Assembly (NCBI GenBank): GCA_964016885.1
Contig: OZ024747.1
Span: 8,742,001-8,806,000, forward strand
Direction: 5' to 3'
Length of the DNA stretch: 64,000 bases
DNA from: Eledone cirrhosa
Taxonomy: Eukaryota
The position numbers and the translations under genes are program-made. The notes under the pieces are model-generated. The model did not search any database and was not told where the DNA came from. It saw only the letters and a list, made by a program, of their open reading frames with translations. Below, one piece after another: positions 50,316-62,170 of this stretch (its first letter is position 1; each line of letters begins with the position of its first letter).

Positions 50316-51030
50316 TATATTATAATCTATACTGACAGACACTGCCAGCTCACTCCTCTCCCCAAGACCACGCTATGACTCAATAATGCCTAACTTATCC
50401 CCTAATTCCCTGCTTCTATGCCCAACCATGAGATCATGGAAATTCATGCTCACTGCCCCCACTTCAATACTGCCAGACGTCACTCACCTACCCTAAGGCC
50501 AACCACTTCTCCCTCTTGTAACAGGCAGTCCAGACCCCCACTCTGCCATATCCTCTCACTGTCTTCCTGCCTTGGCAAGTGTTGAAATGTGAAAGTACTG
50601 GCATCACAATACAAAATGCACTCAATGCTCAGCCCACACTAGAAGGTGAAAGTGCTCGTATCATGATAAAATGCACCCATCCCCCTCTATAATGTGGTAG
50701 TGCTGGTTCCTCGATAAAATGCACCCAGTTCACACTATAAAATGGGAATGCTACCTCCTCCGAAAAATCACCCAGTCCACTCTATCAGGTGGTTCTGATG
50801 GTGCCACGAGAAAAAAATCTCAATGCATGCTATAAAGTGGTTGGCATTAAGAAGGGCATTCAGCCATAGAAACCATGCTGAAATTGAACATATAAGCATG
50901 ACATGTTTAGCCATGCATAATAAACCATCTAACCATTTTCTGAGCAAGAATATAAGTTGATTTCAATGAAAAAAAAGGTTTACAAAGATGTTATTACCCT
51001 GTTTTCTCAAGAAACTGTTTTGATCTTGGT

Positions 51031-51068
51031 TGCTAACACACATTTTCTTTTTTTTTCTTCTTATCCAG
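51031..51068 (+). promoter_or_regulatory. Splice acceptor (branch point, polypyrimidine tract, AG) before the ZNF coding exon
   Basis: tgctaac ... ttttctttttttttcttcttatccag; in-frame TAA at 51071 implies the upstream exon is non-coding. Confidence 0.75.
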
Positions 51069-51109
51069 ATTAAGAAGAAATTGCTGAGTCCTCCTGTCTT
51101 GTATCGAAA

Positions 51110-51619
51110 ATGTTAACAATTGAGAAACGATTCTCCTGTGAAACCTGTGGTAAAATGTTTCTGCTGAGCAAAACCTTGCAGAAGCACAAGAAAATACATG
51201 TTCTGGACACAAAGACAAAAGCCCCAGCAACAAACTACGACTATCACCCATGTCATAAATGTGATTTATGTGGGAAGCAACTAGCTCAGAAGAACTATCT
51301 CAAGATCCATCGCAGAACTCACACTGGCGAGAAACCATACAATTGTGAGACATGCACAAAGAAGTTTGCTCGTCGAGACGCCCTCCGCATTCATGAGAGA
51401 ACGCACAAAAGGGAGAAGCCTTTCTATTGTGATATCTGTTCAAAGCATTTTGCACAAAAAAATTATCTCAAAATTCATAAACGTATACACACTGGTGAAA
51501 AACCCTTCCATTGTGATGTTTGTATACAACAGTTTGCTCGAAGTGACACTCTCCTAAGACACAAACGGACTCATAAAACAAATGAATCACAAGTGACAAA
51601 GGAAAAGCATATAGACTGA
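51110..51619 (+). CDS. C2H2 zinc-finger protein, 169 aa, 5 fingers
   Basis: One isolated finger plus four tandem fingers with TGEKP/KREKP linkers; strong upstream acceptor. Confidence 0.92.
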   Translation: MLTIEKRFSCETCGKMFLLSKTLQKHKKIHVLDTKTKAPATNYDYHPCHKCDLCGKQLAQKNYLKIHRRTHTGEKPYNCETCTKKFARRDALRIHERTHKREKPFYCDICSKHFAQKNYLKIHKRIHTGEKPFHCDVCIQQFARSDTLLRHKRTHKTNESQVTKEKHID

Positions 51620-53097
51620 AAATATCTGTAGACATCAAGCTTCTCTCTCTCTCTCTGTTTCCCCCTCTCTCTTTCTCTATCTATCACCCTCACTTTCTCT
51701 CTCTCTCTCTCTCATATGATTTAATTTAGTCCACTGGAGTCAATGTTCACAATTAATTGCAGTTTCCTTATGCAAAAAGATTCCTGTAATTCATCAGGTT
51801 GCCATGTTGGAATAGAATGTTCTCTCAGCATGGCAAGCAGCCATTGGCATTGGTTTCAGTTGACCAAATTAAACAAATACTTTATTTTAAAATATTGAGT
51901 ACTGTTTCTTTAGTTCATTACTACTATTACCAAGTATGTATGTCTATGTATGTATGTGAAAGACGCCTAGTACATGTTAGGACATCATTCTATGAGAAGG
52001 TAAACTCTGATATAAAACCTGTGTCAATGGCAGACATTTTAGGATATATGTCACCGTTATTCAAAGAGTATGATTGGTCCAGTGTAAAGCCTTTCTTCAC
52101 TCAAAAAAGCTTCAAACACTGGCATCACACAATCTAAACAACTTTCACATGGCTGACTGTAGCTGATGAAGGTTTTTCTGGGATTTTTCCTTTTGCTGCA
52201 TCATATGCAGAAACGAATCTAAGTCCTTGGAAGTCATATTCATGCCACTCATGTATGAGAAAAAGATCAAGTGATGACAAATCTTGAAATTGAGATGCAG
52301 CCATCATGAATGTGCGTGTGTGTATGAGTGTTTGTGTGTGTGTATGTGTTTGTGCGTGTGTGTTTGTGTAATATTAAATAGACTCTTAAATATTTCCCCT
52401 CCTTATGACAATTTTTTTCATCTTTGCTACAATCACAGTGAGATAATGTAAAATGTGATATGAAGATTGAGACAACCATTGGGTACGAGCAGCATGCAAG
52501 TCTGTATGAACCCTTAGCTGGGTCCCTAAACTTTCGGGTATTTCAGCTCCCCCTCTGGCACTTCAGTCTTTCACCCACCCTACAGCTAAAATAATTAATG
52601 GGGCCCTTAGGCTTCAGGTATTCTGGTCCTCCTCAGACTACTTCAGTCTTTCACTCCACTACAGCAAAAAATAATTGACAAGCCCTTAGTTCCTGCAAGG
52701 CCTCTGGCTTTCAGATGTTTGAAGCCCATACCTTTGCCCCACCCAACCCTACCATCCGGCACTTCAATTTTTCGCCACCCCACTACAGCAAAAACATTTA
52801 AGGGTTCCTTGTCATTGTGGCGACCCCTAGGCTTCAGCCTAGTCAACCTTATGAACAATTTGGCCCTGGTAATATGGAATATTATTATACCATACTTGCA
52901 GTGACTTCATATAATGAACTGAATCTGAAATTTTATCATTTTGTCTATTTAATAACCCCACCCCTCACCACCTCAATATGATAAACTAGAGACACAGCTC
53001 CTTTTTCATTACATTTTGTTTGCACTGATTATAAAACTTTTGATATGTAATATGCACAATAGAAAGAAGTATAAAGTATTATGGATTGATTTTTTAA

Positions 53098-53116
53098 ATA
53101 AATACATATATACATA

Positions 53117-53148
<32 letters not shown>

Positions 53149-53168
53149 CATACATACATATATACATA

Positions 53169-53230
<62 letters not shown>

Positions 53231-53276
53231 CATACATACATATATACATATACATACATACATACATATATACATA

Positions 53277-53308
<32 letters not shown>

Positions 53309-53499
53309 CATACATACATATATACATATACATACATACATATATACATATACATACATACATATATACATATACATACATACATACATGCATACACACG
53401 CATACACACATACATAATACATATATACATACATACATGCATGCAACTGAGTAGCCCAAGTGATGGAGACATCATTTATATATATATATATATATATGA

Positions 53500-53568
<69 letters not shown>

Positions 53569-53701
53569 TATACTCATATATATATATATATGAGTTCAAA
53601 TCCCGCCGAGGTTGACTTTGCCTTTCATCCTTACGGGGTCGATAAAATAAAGTACCAGTAATGCACTGGGTAATTGCTGGCCTTGTGCCTAAAGTAGAAA
53701 C

Positions 53702-53760
<59 letters not shown>

Positions 53761-53840
53761 TATATTATATATATATATATGTATATATATTATATATATA
53801 TACATATATATATAATATATACACACACATACACACATAC
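53098..53840. repeat. Compound (TACA)n/(TA)n microsatellite with an embedded short SINE (53591-53705 +)
   Basis: Direct reading. Confidence 0.95.
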
Positions 53841-54138
53841 AATACCATTTTTCCTCCATCAACTATATATTAGCTGAGAAATTATCTTTTCTAAATTTTT
53901 CACTTTTATTCTTCAGCTTAATTGCTTCTGTCATTTTCTCTTCCTCTTTCTTCTTAATTTCAGGATTCATTTAGTTAGTGGTCATTTTTAATATACTTTT
54001 TTTAATTAATTAATATTTCTTTGCTGATCATCATTGTAATATTTAGTATTTCTGTACAACTGTGATCTATTATCAATTACTCCATACTAACTATTGTTAT
54101 TGATTTTTTTTTTTATCTGAAAAAAAATTAGTATTTAA

Positions 54139-54447
54139 CCCTTTAGCATTTACATTACTCTATATTTACTATTATATTTTCACGGTAAAGGCTTTACCTC
54201 ACATAATTATCTCACATGATATTGAATCTATGGGATTTTGATATTATATATTTTGAGAACAATACCTTAACATCAGTATGAGTGGCCAGTTACAGCCAGT
54301 TTGAACAGAAAGAGGTGAGAAAATTCTGGCCAGTTACAGCCGGTTTAAACAGAAAGAGGTGAGAAAATTCTGGCCAGATACGGCCGGTTTAAACAGAAAG
54401 AGGTGAGAAAATTCTGGCCAGATACGGCCGGTTTAAATGCTAAAGGG
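54139..54447. mobile_element. 309-bp piggyBac-like MITE, family 2, with internal 44-bp tandem repeats
   Basis: TTAA TSD; TIR ccctttagcattt / aaatgctaaaggg. Confidence 0.9.
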
Positions 54448-54685
54448 TTAAATCTCTATTTATTGAACTCCTGGCAAACAAAATCCTGTGTTAAGTTCAT
54501 CTCAGTCTTGGGACAACTAAAATTTAGAAAAGATGGCAAACCTGGCAGAGTCATGAGAATGTTGGATAAAATAGTTCTCGGTCTTTGTTTCAGCTCCCTG
54601 CCCTGTGTTCAAATCGTCCCATGTTCAACTTTACCTTTCATCCTTTTCAGGTTGATAAATAAAGTACCAGTTTAATACTGGAGTC

Positions 54686-54722
<37 letters not shown>

Positions 54723-54744
54723 TCTCTCTCTCTCACTCTCTCTC

Positions 54745-54779
<35 letters not shown>

Positions 54780-54790
54780 GTATATGTATA

Positions 54791-54922
54791 TCATTTTTTA
54801 ATATAGAAATGGCTTCTACAGGATGAGAACTGTTTCATTCGTATGAATGGCATTCCTAATGATTTCATACGAATGGAAACAGTTCTGGTCCTGTAGAAGT
54901 CATCTCTATATTAAATAATGAT
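54791..54922. repeat. Imperfect fold-back palindrome (~57-bp arms) of pLTR-like sequence
   Basis: atcattttttaatatagaaatggcttctacaggatgagaactgtttcattcgtatgaa / ttcatacgaatggaaacagttctggtcctgtagaagtcatctctatattaaataatgat. Confidence 0.88.
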
Positions 54923-54997
54923 GCTTACACTCTACCAATGTATTGAATAACTATTTTAACTGTGGTTCCCCCGATTTACTTGGGATATACATATATA

Positions 54998-55043
<46 letters not shown>

Positions 55044-55337
55044 TACACACACACATATTGAAAGAATAACCAAAGATTTTGCAGGGATTAAAACATATAT
55101 ATATATATATGGAAGAAATTGTCTGTATTCAGACCTGGAACAGGGATAGGTTCTGCCAAGTTCAAATGTCCAAGACATGCCAAAATGTGTCACTATTGTG
55201 GCACCCCTATGACTCCATCAGGAGTTCTGGGCCCCCCAGATTCCCAAATATTTAGAAAAACATAAATTACTTAATCTCTACAGGTTTTAAATAGTCAAGT
55301 GTGTCAATAATATATTGAAGTTCTGGTTCTTGGGATG

Positions 55338-55585
55338 TCAGTTCAAATCTACTTCTGCATGTATTGCAGTTCAAATCTACTGCTGTATGTATTGCAGCTC
55401 AAATCAACTTCTGTATGTATTGCAGCTCAAATCTACTGCTGCATGCGTTGCAGTTCAAATCTATTGCTGTATGTATTGCAGCTCAAATCTACTTCTGCAT
55501 GTATTGCAGTTCAAATTCCACTCTGTTTAACTTTCACTTACATCCTTCCAGGGTCAATAAAAGTGGTACCAGTTGAATATACTGT
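55338..55585 (+). repeat. 28-bp tandem repeat (about 7 starts) of a SINE B box, followed by SINE body
   Basis: g(t/c)tcaaat at 55341, 55369, 55397, 55425, 55453, 55481 and 55509, then catccttccagggtcaataaaagtggtaccagtt. Confidence 0.88.
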
Positions 55586-56404
55586 TTCTTGTTGATTTCT
55601 TTCTTTTTTTAATTCAAAATTGCTGGGGGTATTGTATTTCTGAATGGAACATGGCAGTAAAAATATGTATGGATACTCTTCTATTCTGGGAGGGTCATAC
55701 TGTGAATGGTGAATGTAGCATGGCCTAATGGTTAAGGAGTTTCCTTTGTGATCATTTGGACCAAGGTGTTAACCCACTGCAGCACATCAAATGACATATG
55801 CCTAAGAACCAGGGACTACATGAATGCAAAACAAACTTCTTAACCATTTACCCCAGCTGTGTTCACTCTCTGTATGTGTACAATAATGCTAAAGTGTATT
55901 AAGTATAGCATTGTTCTGTTTTTTCTTTCAATACAATCATATAAAATTATCCTTTATTTCAAAAAAACATTAAATAACGACAAAAAAGCCACTCAATTTT
56001 GATGGTGAAGATGTTTTATTGGGCATACAGGAAATAATATACAACCAATGTTGAAAATCACAGCAAGAATATACACTCATATGTACACTGACAGACAGTC
56101 AGATAGACGCACACATATATATACATATATATCTAGATAGGTGATGATGATATATATATATATGATATATACATAGTTTTGGAAACTAGCTAAGTTACCC
56201 GGTGTTGCACAGATCATTACATAAGTAGAAAAACTGGGAAATATAATGAAATGAAACATTGAATGAAACAAAAGTATTGTTTGACTTAAAGTTCACAATC
56301 AATATTACATGTTCTTACTACTTATATACATAAATAAATCAATATTCTAACTTAACATTGATTATTTGCCTCAGTTACATCATTTTCTTTTGAGTGTATA
56401 TGTT

Positions 56405-56780
56405 TCTTCTTTTCTTCTTCTTTGCCCACTTATTCCTGAGAGGGTCGTGTGGGCAGAGTCCTCAAAAACTCCTTCCAGTGGATTCTATCAGAAGCAACCA
56501 TCTCTAACTGATATGGCTGAATCCTCAAGCAAGACCAGCCAAGTTCATGGATTATCCAACCATCTTGCTCGGAGTTTACCACTGGGTCTCTTGCCCAGCA
56601 ATTCTTTGTTAAGACATTCTAACCATATGCCTGTAATATCGGAGCTGTGATCTCTCAATTTGGAGATAACAACTCTCTGATCTTCAAGCTAGGCACTCTA
56701 TCCAGTAACGTTACTCTTAAAAGTCTTTGGAGGAATCCCATTTCAGCTGCTTGTATTTGTTAGCATTTTCCTTTGGTCAT
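56405..56780 (-). pseudogene. RTE LINE 3' fragment
   Basis: Minus strand IQAAEMGFLQR..VTLLDRV, LQIERSQLRYY.H..RM, GKRPSGK.RARWLDN; (AAG)n tail. Confidence 0.7.
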
Positions 56781-58668
56781 TAGTGTGTATGCATTTGAAA
56801 AAATATAGTTTTCATTACTTATATATAATTAAAATCCACCTTTTTCTTGTTTTGTTCATAAATTAATGTGAAAACATTAAAATAGTTGATCCTTTCATAA
56901 ATTACAATTCATGAGACATATTTCTACGCAATGTATGCATTTTATTCTGAAGCATTAACATAAATATACTTGAACTTAATAACTAACATGAGAAAGTGTG
57001 GTTTTTAACTACCCTAGTCCATTGAATGTTAATAAAAGACAGAATGATTAACATCAAATACACAAGATGCAGTTTATTTTCCTATAAAATGATGGCATTG
57101 TATCTTTCCCAATAATCGATTTGAACAATTGTTAAACCTTCTCAGCGCTGTGTGTCCTCTGTCAGGAATAATGGGTTATATCCTTGTATAATTCCAATGA
57201 AAATATTCATAAAGCTGTCAGTTTGTCCATGAAAAAGATTTTCATATTTTTCTAACAAAAAGTGTTTCACTCTGATCTGGAAATCCATGAATTCAATTCA
57301 GAACTAACTGAATTTGGTTGTTATAAAAAAGACTATGTGCTGTTAAAACTCTATTATTGAATGGAAAATGAACATATATATTTGAAGATCCTACCTAAAT
57401 GTATCTAGTGAATAAATTTTTTAACTTTCCCAGTGCAAGGGAGATAATTTAAATTACCATAGCAGCCTGGATTTATTGATTACGTAAAAAACAATGTCAG
57501 TTTTGTCATTAAATATTACAGCAAATGCAAAATAAATAGCACCGGTAATTTTCTTGTCAGTTGGCTATCATGAAGTTATTTCCTATAGCAAACAAACGGA
57601 CTTTTCCTTATATATGAGTGTGTGCGTGTATATATATATATATATTATTCCACAATGCTTCAAGCAAACTTCAACACGCTCTTATATATATATATATGTG
57701 TGTGTGTGTGTGACGATGATGATGATATATATATATCATCATCATCATCATGATATATATCATCATCATCATCATCGTTTAACGTCTGTTTTCCCTGCTA
57801 GCAAAGACCTGTATTAGTCCTGTATGAGTCTCGGTGATAAAGCTCCAAATTAATGGTATGATGTCTCAGAGAAGCTTGTAGCATGATTCCTTTCCTGGTG
57901 TCAGAAGGAATAGTCATGCTACACGAAGCAGGATTTAGTGCTATTCGCTATAAAACCTATATACACTGTTTTCTGTGTGTTGGTTGTGACTTCACATTTA
58001 TAGACTATGTTTCTAGAGAGGCATTGGGGATCTAATGGGGGATGCATTTTGGTTGTTTCAGTTACAAATTGATACTGTAGTTGAGTTGATGAAATCAGTG
58101 AATCTGTGCCAGTTTAGCTTAAACTTGTTGGGTGCAGCGATGTTCTGTGCAATGTTTGATGCTGTCAAGTGAGACAGCTTCACTATATTTATTTTTTTTA
58201 TTAAAGGTGATGTGGTAGCAGTGTTGCAGGGAGAAGTGCTTCTGGATCATCCCAAAGAATGATCTAGCTAGGGGTGTCACATCTGCAGCATTCTATGGTA
58301 GATTGTACCATGTTATCTTACACATTCATGTTTCTGTGGTGGTTGCATTTCTCCTGGAGTTGAACAAAGTCTATATCCGGGTTGAATCCACTGTGTTGGA
58401 AGCCATCATTGTAATAGGGTGCAGGCTTTCTAAATATCTGTTCATTGGCAAACAGTTTAGAGATCCGGATGGGGATATATTTGCTTATATAAATATATAT
58501 GTGTATATATACACATGTGAGTGTTGTATGTCTTTATATAAGACTCTATATAGTGTTTGTGTACAAATTTCTGTCTATATTTGTATTGCTAATGTTTTTG
58601 AGAAAAATATGGATATCATAAATTCTTTTTACTCTTCATTCCCAATCTGAAATCTCAGACTTATTTAA

Positions 58669-58977
58669 CCCTTTAGCATTTAAACCAGCTGTATCCGGCC
58701 AAAATTATCTCACCTCTTTCTGTTCAAACCAGCTGTATCCAGCCAGAATTATCTCACCTCTTTCTGTTCAAACCAGCTGTATCTGGCCAGAATTCTCTCA
58801 CCACTTTCTGTTTAAACTGGCTGTAACCAGCTGCTCATACTGATGTTAAGATATTGTTCTTAAAATAAATAATATCAAAATCTCATAGATCCGATATTAC
58901 GTGAGATAATTATGTGAGGTAAAGCATTTTATGTGAAAATACAATAGTAAATAGAGTGTAATGCAAATGCTAAAGGG
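58669..58977. mobile_element. 309-bp piggyBac-like MITE, family 2, inverted relative to 54139-54447
   Basis: Same TIR and TTAA TSD; internal sequence is the reverse complement. Confidence 0.9.
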
Positions 58978-60475
58978 TTAAGTAATTACTATATTATTTT
59001 GGTGATAATATACAAACAATAAATACGAGGTATTTCTCAGTGTCTGCTGTTAACAGACCAACATTGAAATAACTTTTCTTGTAATATTGTTACTTTGATC
59101 AGAATTTTTAATAAACTGTTAAACTTGACAGCAATTTTCTTGTTTATTTCTTAATATCTTGTAATGATTTAGAAGAAAATATCTTAAAATATGATTGTTT
59201 ATTCAAGTATTTATAGTTTCTTTACTAGTTGACAGATTGTTGTGAAAATTGACAGTATTATCTCTTAACATCCTGTAATGTTTTAGAATAGGTTTGTTAA
59301 TTCACATGTTTTAGCAAGGACAAATCAATGTGAAAATTTGCAGTATTAGTGTAAAGATGTTAAGTTTTAATGTGATACAATCATAGTATTGTCCTGTATT
59401 TTTCAACAATGTCATGCTAAATGTGGTTTCGTGTGGTACAGGACATTAAGAGTTAGAGGAAACAAATGTTTGTCAAGCTTTAACATGATGTATATAATCA
59501 AACATGAAAATATCAACAATTAGAAGATATAATAAACACCAGAAAATTGTGCATTGTATAATGCACATACTATAATTATACCTCCGATAATGAAAGTCTC
59601 ATAAAGGTGAGAGTTTTCTAATAGTGTAGTCAATAAAATGTGCTTTGTCAGCAGACATCCCTAATTTATAATAATAAATAGCTTTAACCCTTTCAATACC
59701 TCCTACGAGGGATTAAGCTGGGGCCTGACTCGGGCTGTGTTATATTTAAAGGGCCTCAAATTAATTGTGTTATTACCATAAATAATACACCAGGACCCTG
59801 ATACAATTCTCAGACATTGCTCAATGTCATCTTACTCTGCCCCTAAATATCACCCCACTCAAGACCACTTTAAACTGTTCATATCTAACCCTTTTATGAC
59901 CAGATTTCTAATGAAATACACTTTATTATTACTAAATCCCTCTAAATTCTTTGTTATTTTCAAAATGATCTGAAAATCATAAGCAGTGTCTTTCGTTAGA
60001 AATATGGAAATGAAAAGGTTAAAGTAGTTAGAGTGATATTACAGTTTATCAATGAAATTTCATGAAAATATTACACACTAATATTATAGTAAGATTCTAA
60101 AGCTGCATTTAGTTAGATTCTAAATATGACTTTTGAATCAAGTTCTTATTAGTGCCAGTTAGTTAAATCACCAGACATATAGACCGATTCTATGAGAACA
60201 AAATAAAGACAGGCTTTGAGTTTAAAGAAAACAAATATATTTAACTAATTAGTGGGTTTCTTTTACAGGGCTGAAGCTTGACCACAATACGACAGACAAA
60301 TTAACAATATATACACAAATCAATTGATAAATATCATATACTTTTCTTTTCTTCATAAATACACTCAAATTATTTAAATACATATGTACAACATTACACC
60401 AAACCTGTACATCTACACACACACATACATATATATATACATACACTCACACATATATATGTATGTCAACTAGAG

Positions 60476-62170
60476 TTACATTGTGTATTCAATTCCTTGC
60501 TTTCCTTGTCTCATCCCACAAGGGAAGCCACCAGGTGTATTAGTCCAACTAGGGTTCCAAACAGGGGCCATGGTGAAACTTCGGGACCACATATAATTAT
60601 TCTCCCAGCTTTGTGGGATCTGGTGTCGAGATGATGTGTTCATCCACGATGTCGGAGGCAGAGAAGATGCTACTCGAGAATGAGAAGCAAAAGACTGTGG
60701 ATCTCTAAAATAATCTCCGTCTAATCGTTGTACCATATGATCAGTGTTTTTCATGTCCTGTCGCATGTGATGGCTATGAGATGAGATGGCCGTCTTGCAA
60801 CAGACATCGGGAGAATTGAAAGTCTGTTGTTTGGTTGAAATATGACTTCTTTTGTGATGCTCTAAATCTGCCCTCTGAGAAAAGCCTTTCCCACATATTG
60901 AACAGTTTAACATTTTGTTATTATGATGTGTATGTTTGTGTGTCTCAATCTCAAGTGAATGAGCAAATATCTTGCCACAAATATTGCAACTAAATGGCAA
61001 CATGGAAGTAGTTTGTTCTTTTTCTGATGCAATGGGTGTATTATGTGTTCGTTTATGGTTCTTTAAGATTGCACGTTGAGCAAAAGCCTTTCCACAATAT
61101 TCACATTTGAATGGCTTCTCTCCAGTGTGAGTTCTACGGTGATTATCAAAGTTAGTTCTTTGGGCAAATGCCTTACCACAAAAGTTACACTTAAAAGGTC
61201 TTTCACCAGTGTGAATGCGTTTGTGATTATCGAGATGTGTTCTCTGAGTAAACATCTTCTCACAATACTCACACTTAAAGGGTTTCTCTCCTGTATGTGT
61301 TCGTTTGTGGTTATCAAGATGAGTTCTTTGAATAAATGCTTTACCACAAAAATCACATATGAATGGTTTCTCTCCTGTGTGAATTCGTTTATGGTTGTCT
61401 AGGTTTGTACGTTGTGCAAATGCTTTTTCACAGAAAACACATTTGAATGGTTTCTCTCCAGTGTGTGTTCGACGATGATTATCAAGGTTAACGACCTGAG
61501 CAAACGCTTTGTCACAAAAAGAACAAACAAATGGTTTTTCACCAGTATGGATACGTTTATGGTTAACTAAATTTACAATCTGTGCAAATGCTTTATCACA
61601 AAACTCACATTTAAATGGCTTCTCTCCTGTGTGAACACGTTCATGATACTTAAGGTTGGTTATTTGGCTGAATGATTTAGAACAGTATGAACAAGAAAAT
61701 GGTTTCTCTCCAGTATGAACACGTTCATGGTTTTCCACATTAGTCTGTTGACTAAAAGACTTTGGACAGAATCCACATTGATAAGGTTTCTCTCCAGTAT
61801 GAGTGCGTTTATGATTATCATAATTAGCTTTTTGAGCAAAAGCTTTATCGCAGTAAGTACAATTAAATGGTTTCTGTCCTGTGTGTGTTAACTCGTGAGT
61901 TGTTAACCGAGCCCTCTGAGAAAAGGCCTTTTGACAATAACTACAGAAGAAATGCTTCTCTCCAGGTGGCATCATTTCATGGTTACTTAAATTGACCTTT
62001 CTAGAAAATCCTTTGCGACAGACATTACATTTGAATGGTTTATCATTTGAAAGTCCTGTTTTGTTATCACTATGACAATGGTGCTGAGACTGGTTTTGAG
62101 AAAATGGTTTGTTTGGTGGATCAAAGTTAAATTGATTCCCCATCGGATACAATGACTGAGCCGAATACAT
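60476..62170 (-). CDS. C2H2 zinc-finger protein, 564 aa: 13 canonical fingers plus 1 degenerate finger; paralogue of 39829-41184
   Basis: Tandem fingers with TGEKP linkers; shared termini; candidate acceptor ttttattttcag ending at 62329. Confidence 0.96.
   Translation of the reverse strand: MYSAQSLYPMGNQFNFDPPNKPFSQNQSQHHCHSDNKTGLSNDKPFKCNVCRKGFSRKVNLSNHEMMPPGEKHFFCSYCQKAFSQRARLTTHELTHTGQKPFNCTYCDKAFAQKANYDNHKRTHTGEKPYQCGFCPKSFSQQTNVENHERVHTGEKPFSCSYCSKSFSQITNLKYHERVHTGEKPFKCEFCDKAFAQIVNLVNHKRIHTGEKPFVCSFCDKAFAQVVNLDNHRRTHTGEKPFKCVFCEKAFAQRTNLDNHKRIHTGEKPFICDFCGKAFIQRTHLDNHKRTHTGEKPFKCEYCEKMFTQRTHLDNHKRIHTGERPFKCNFCGKAFAQRTNFDNHRRTHTGEKPFKCEYCGKAFAQRAILKNHKRTHNTPIASEKEQTTSMLPFSCNICGKIFAHSLEIETHKHTHHNNKMLNCSICGKGFSQRADLEHHKRSHISTKQQTFNSPDVCCKTAISSHSHHMRQDMKNTDHMVQRLDGDYFRDPQSFASHSRVASSLPPTSWMNTSSRHQIPQSWENNYMWSRSFTMAPVWNPSWTNTPGGFPCGMRQGKQGIEYTM

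Noticed and set aside
53009-53599. Overlapping YI/CMYV-rich ORFs, and similar ones at 112, 14236, 22970, 24077 and 63678
   Set aside because: Translations of microsatellites
57800-58470. Possible LINE C-terminal remnant on the minus strand
   Set aside because: Too degenerate to assign motifs confidently by eye
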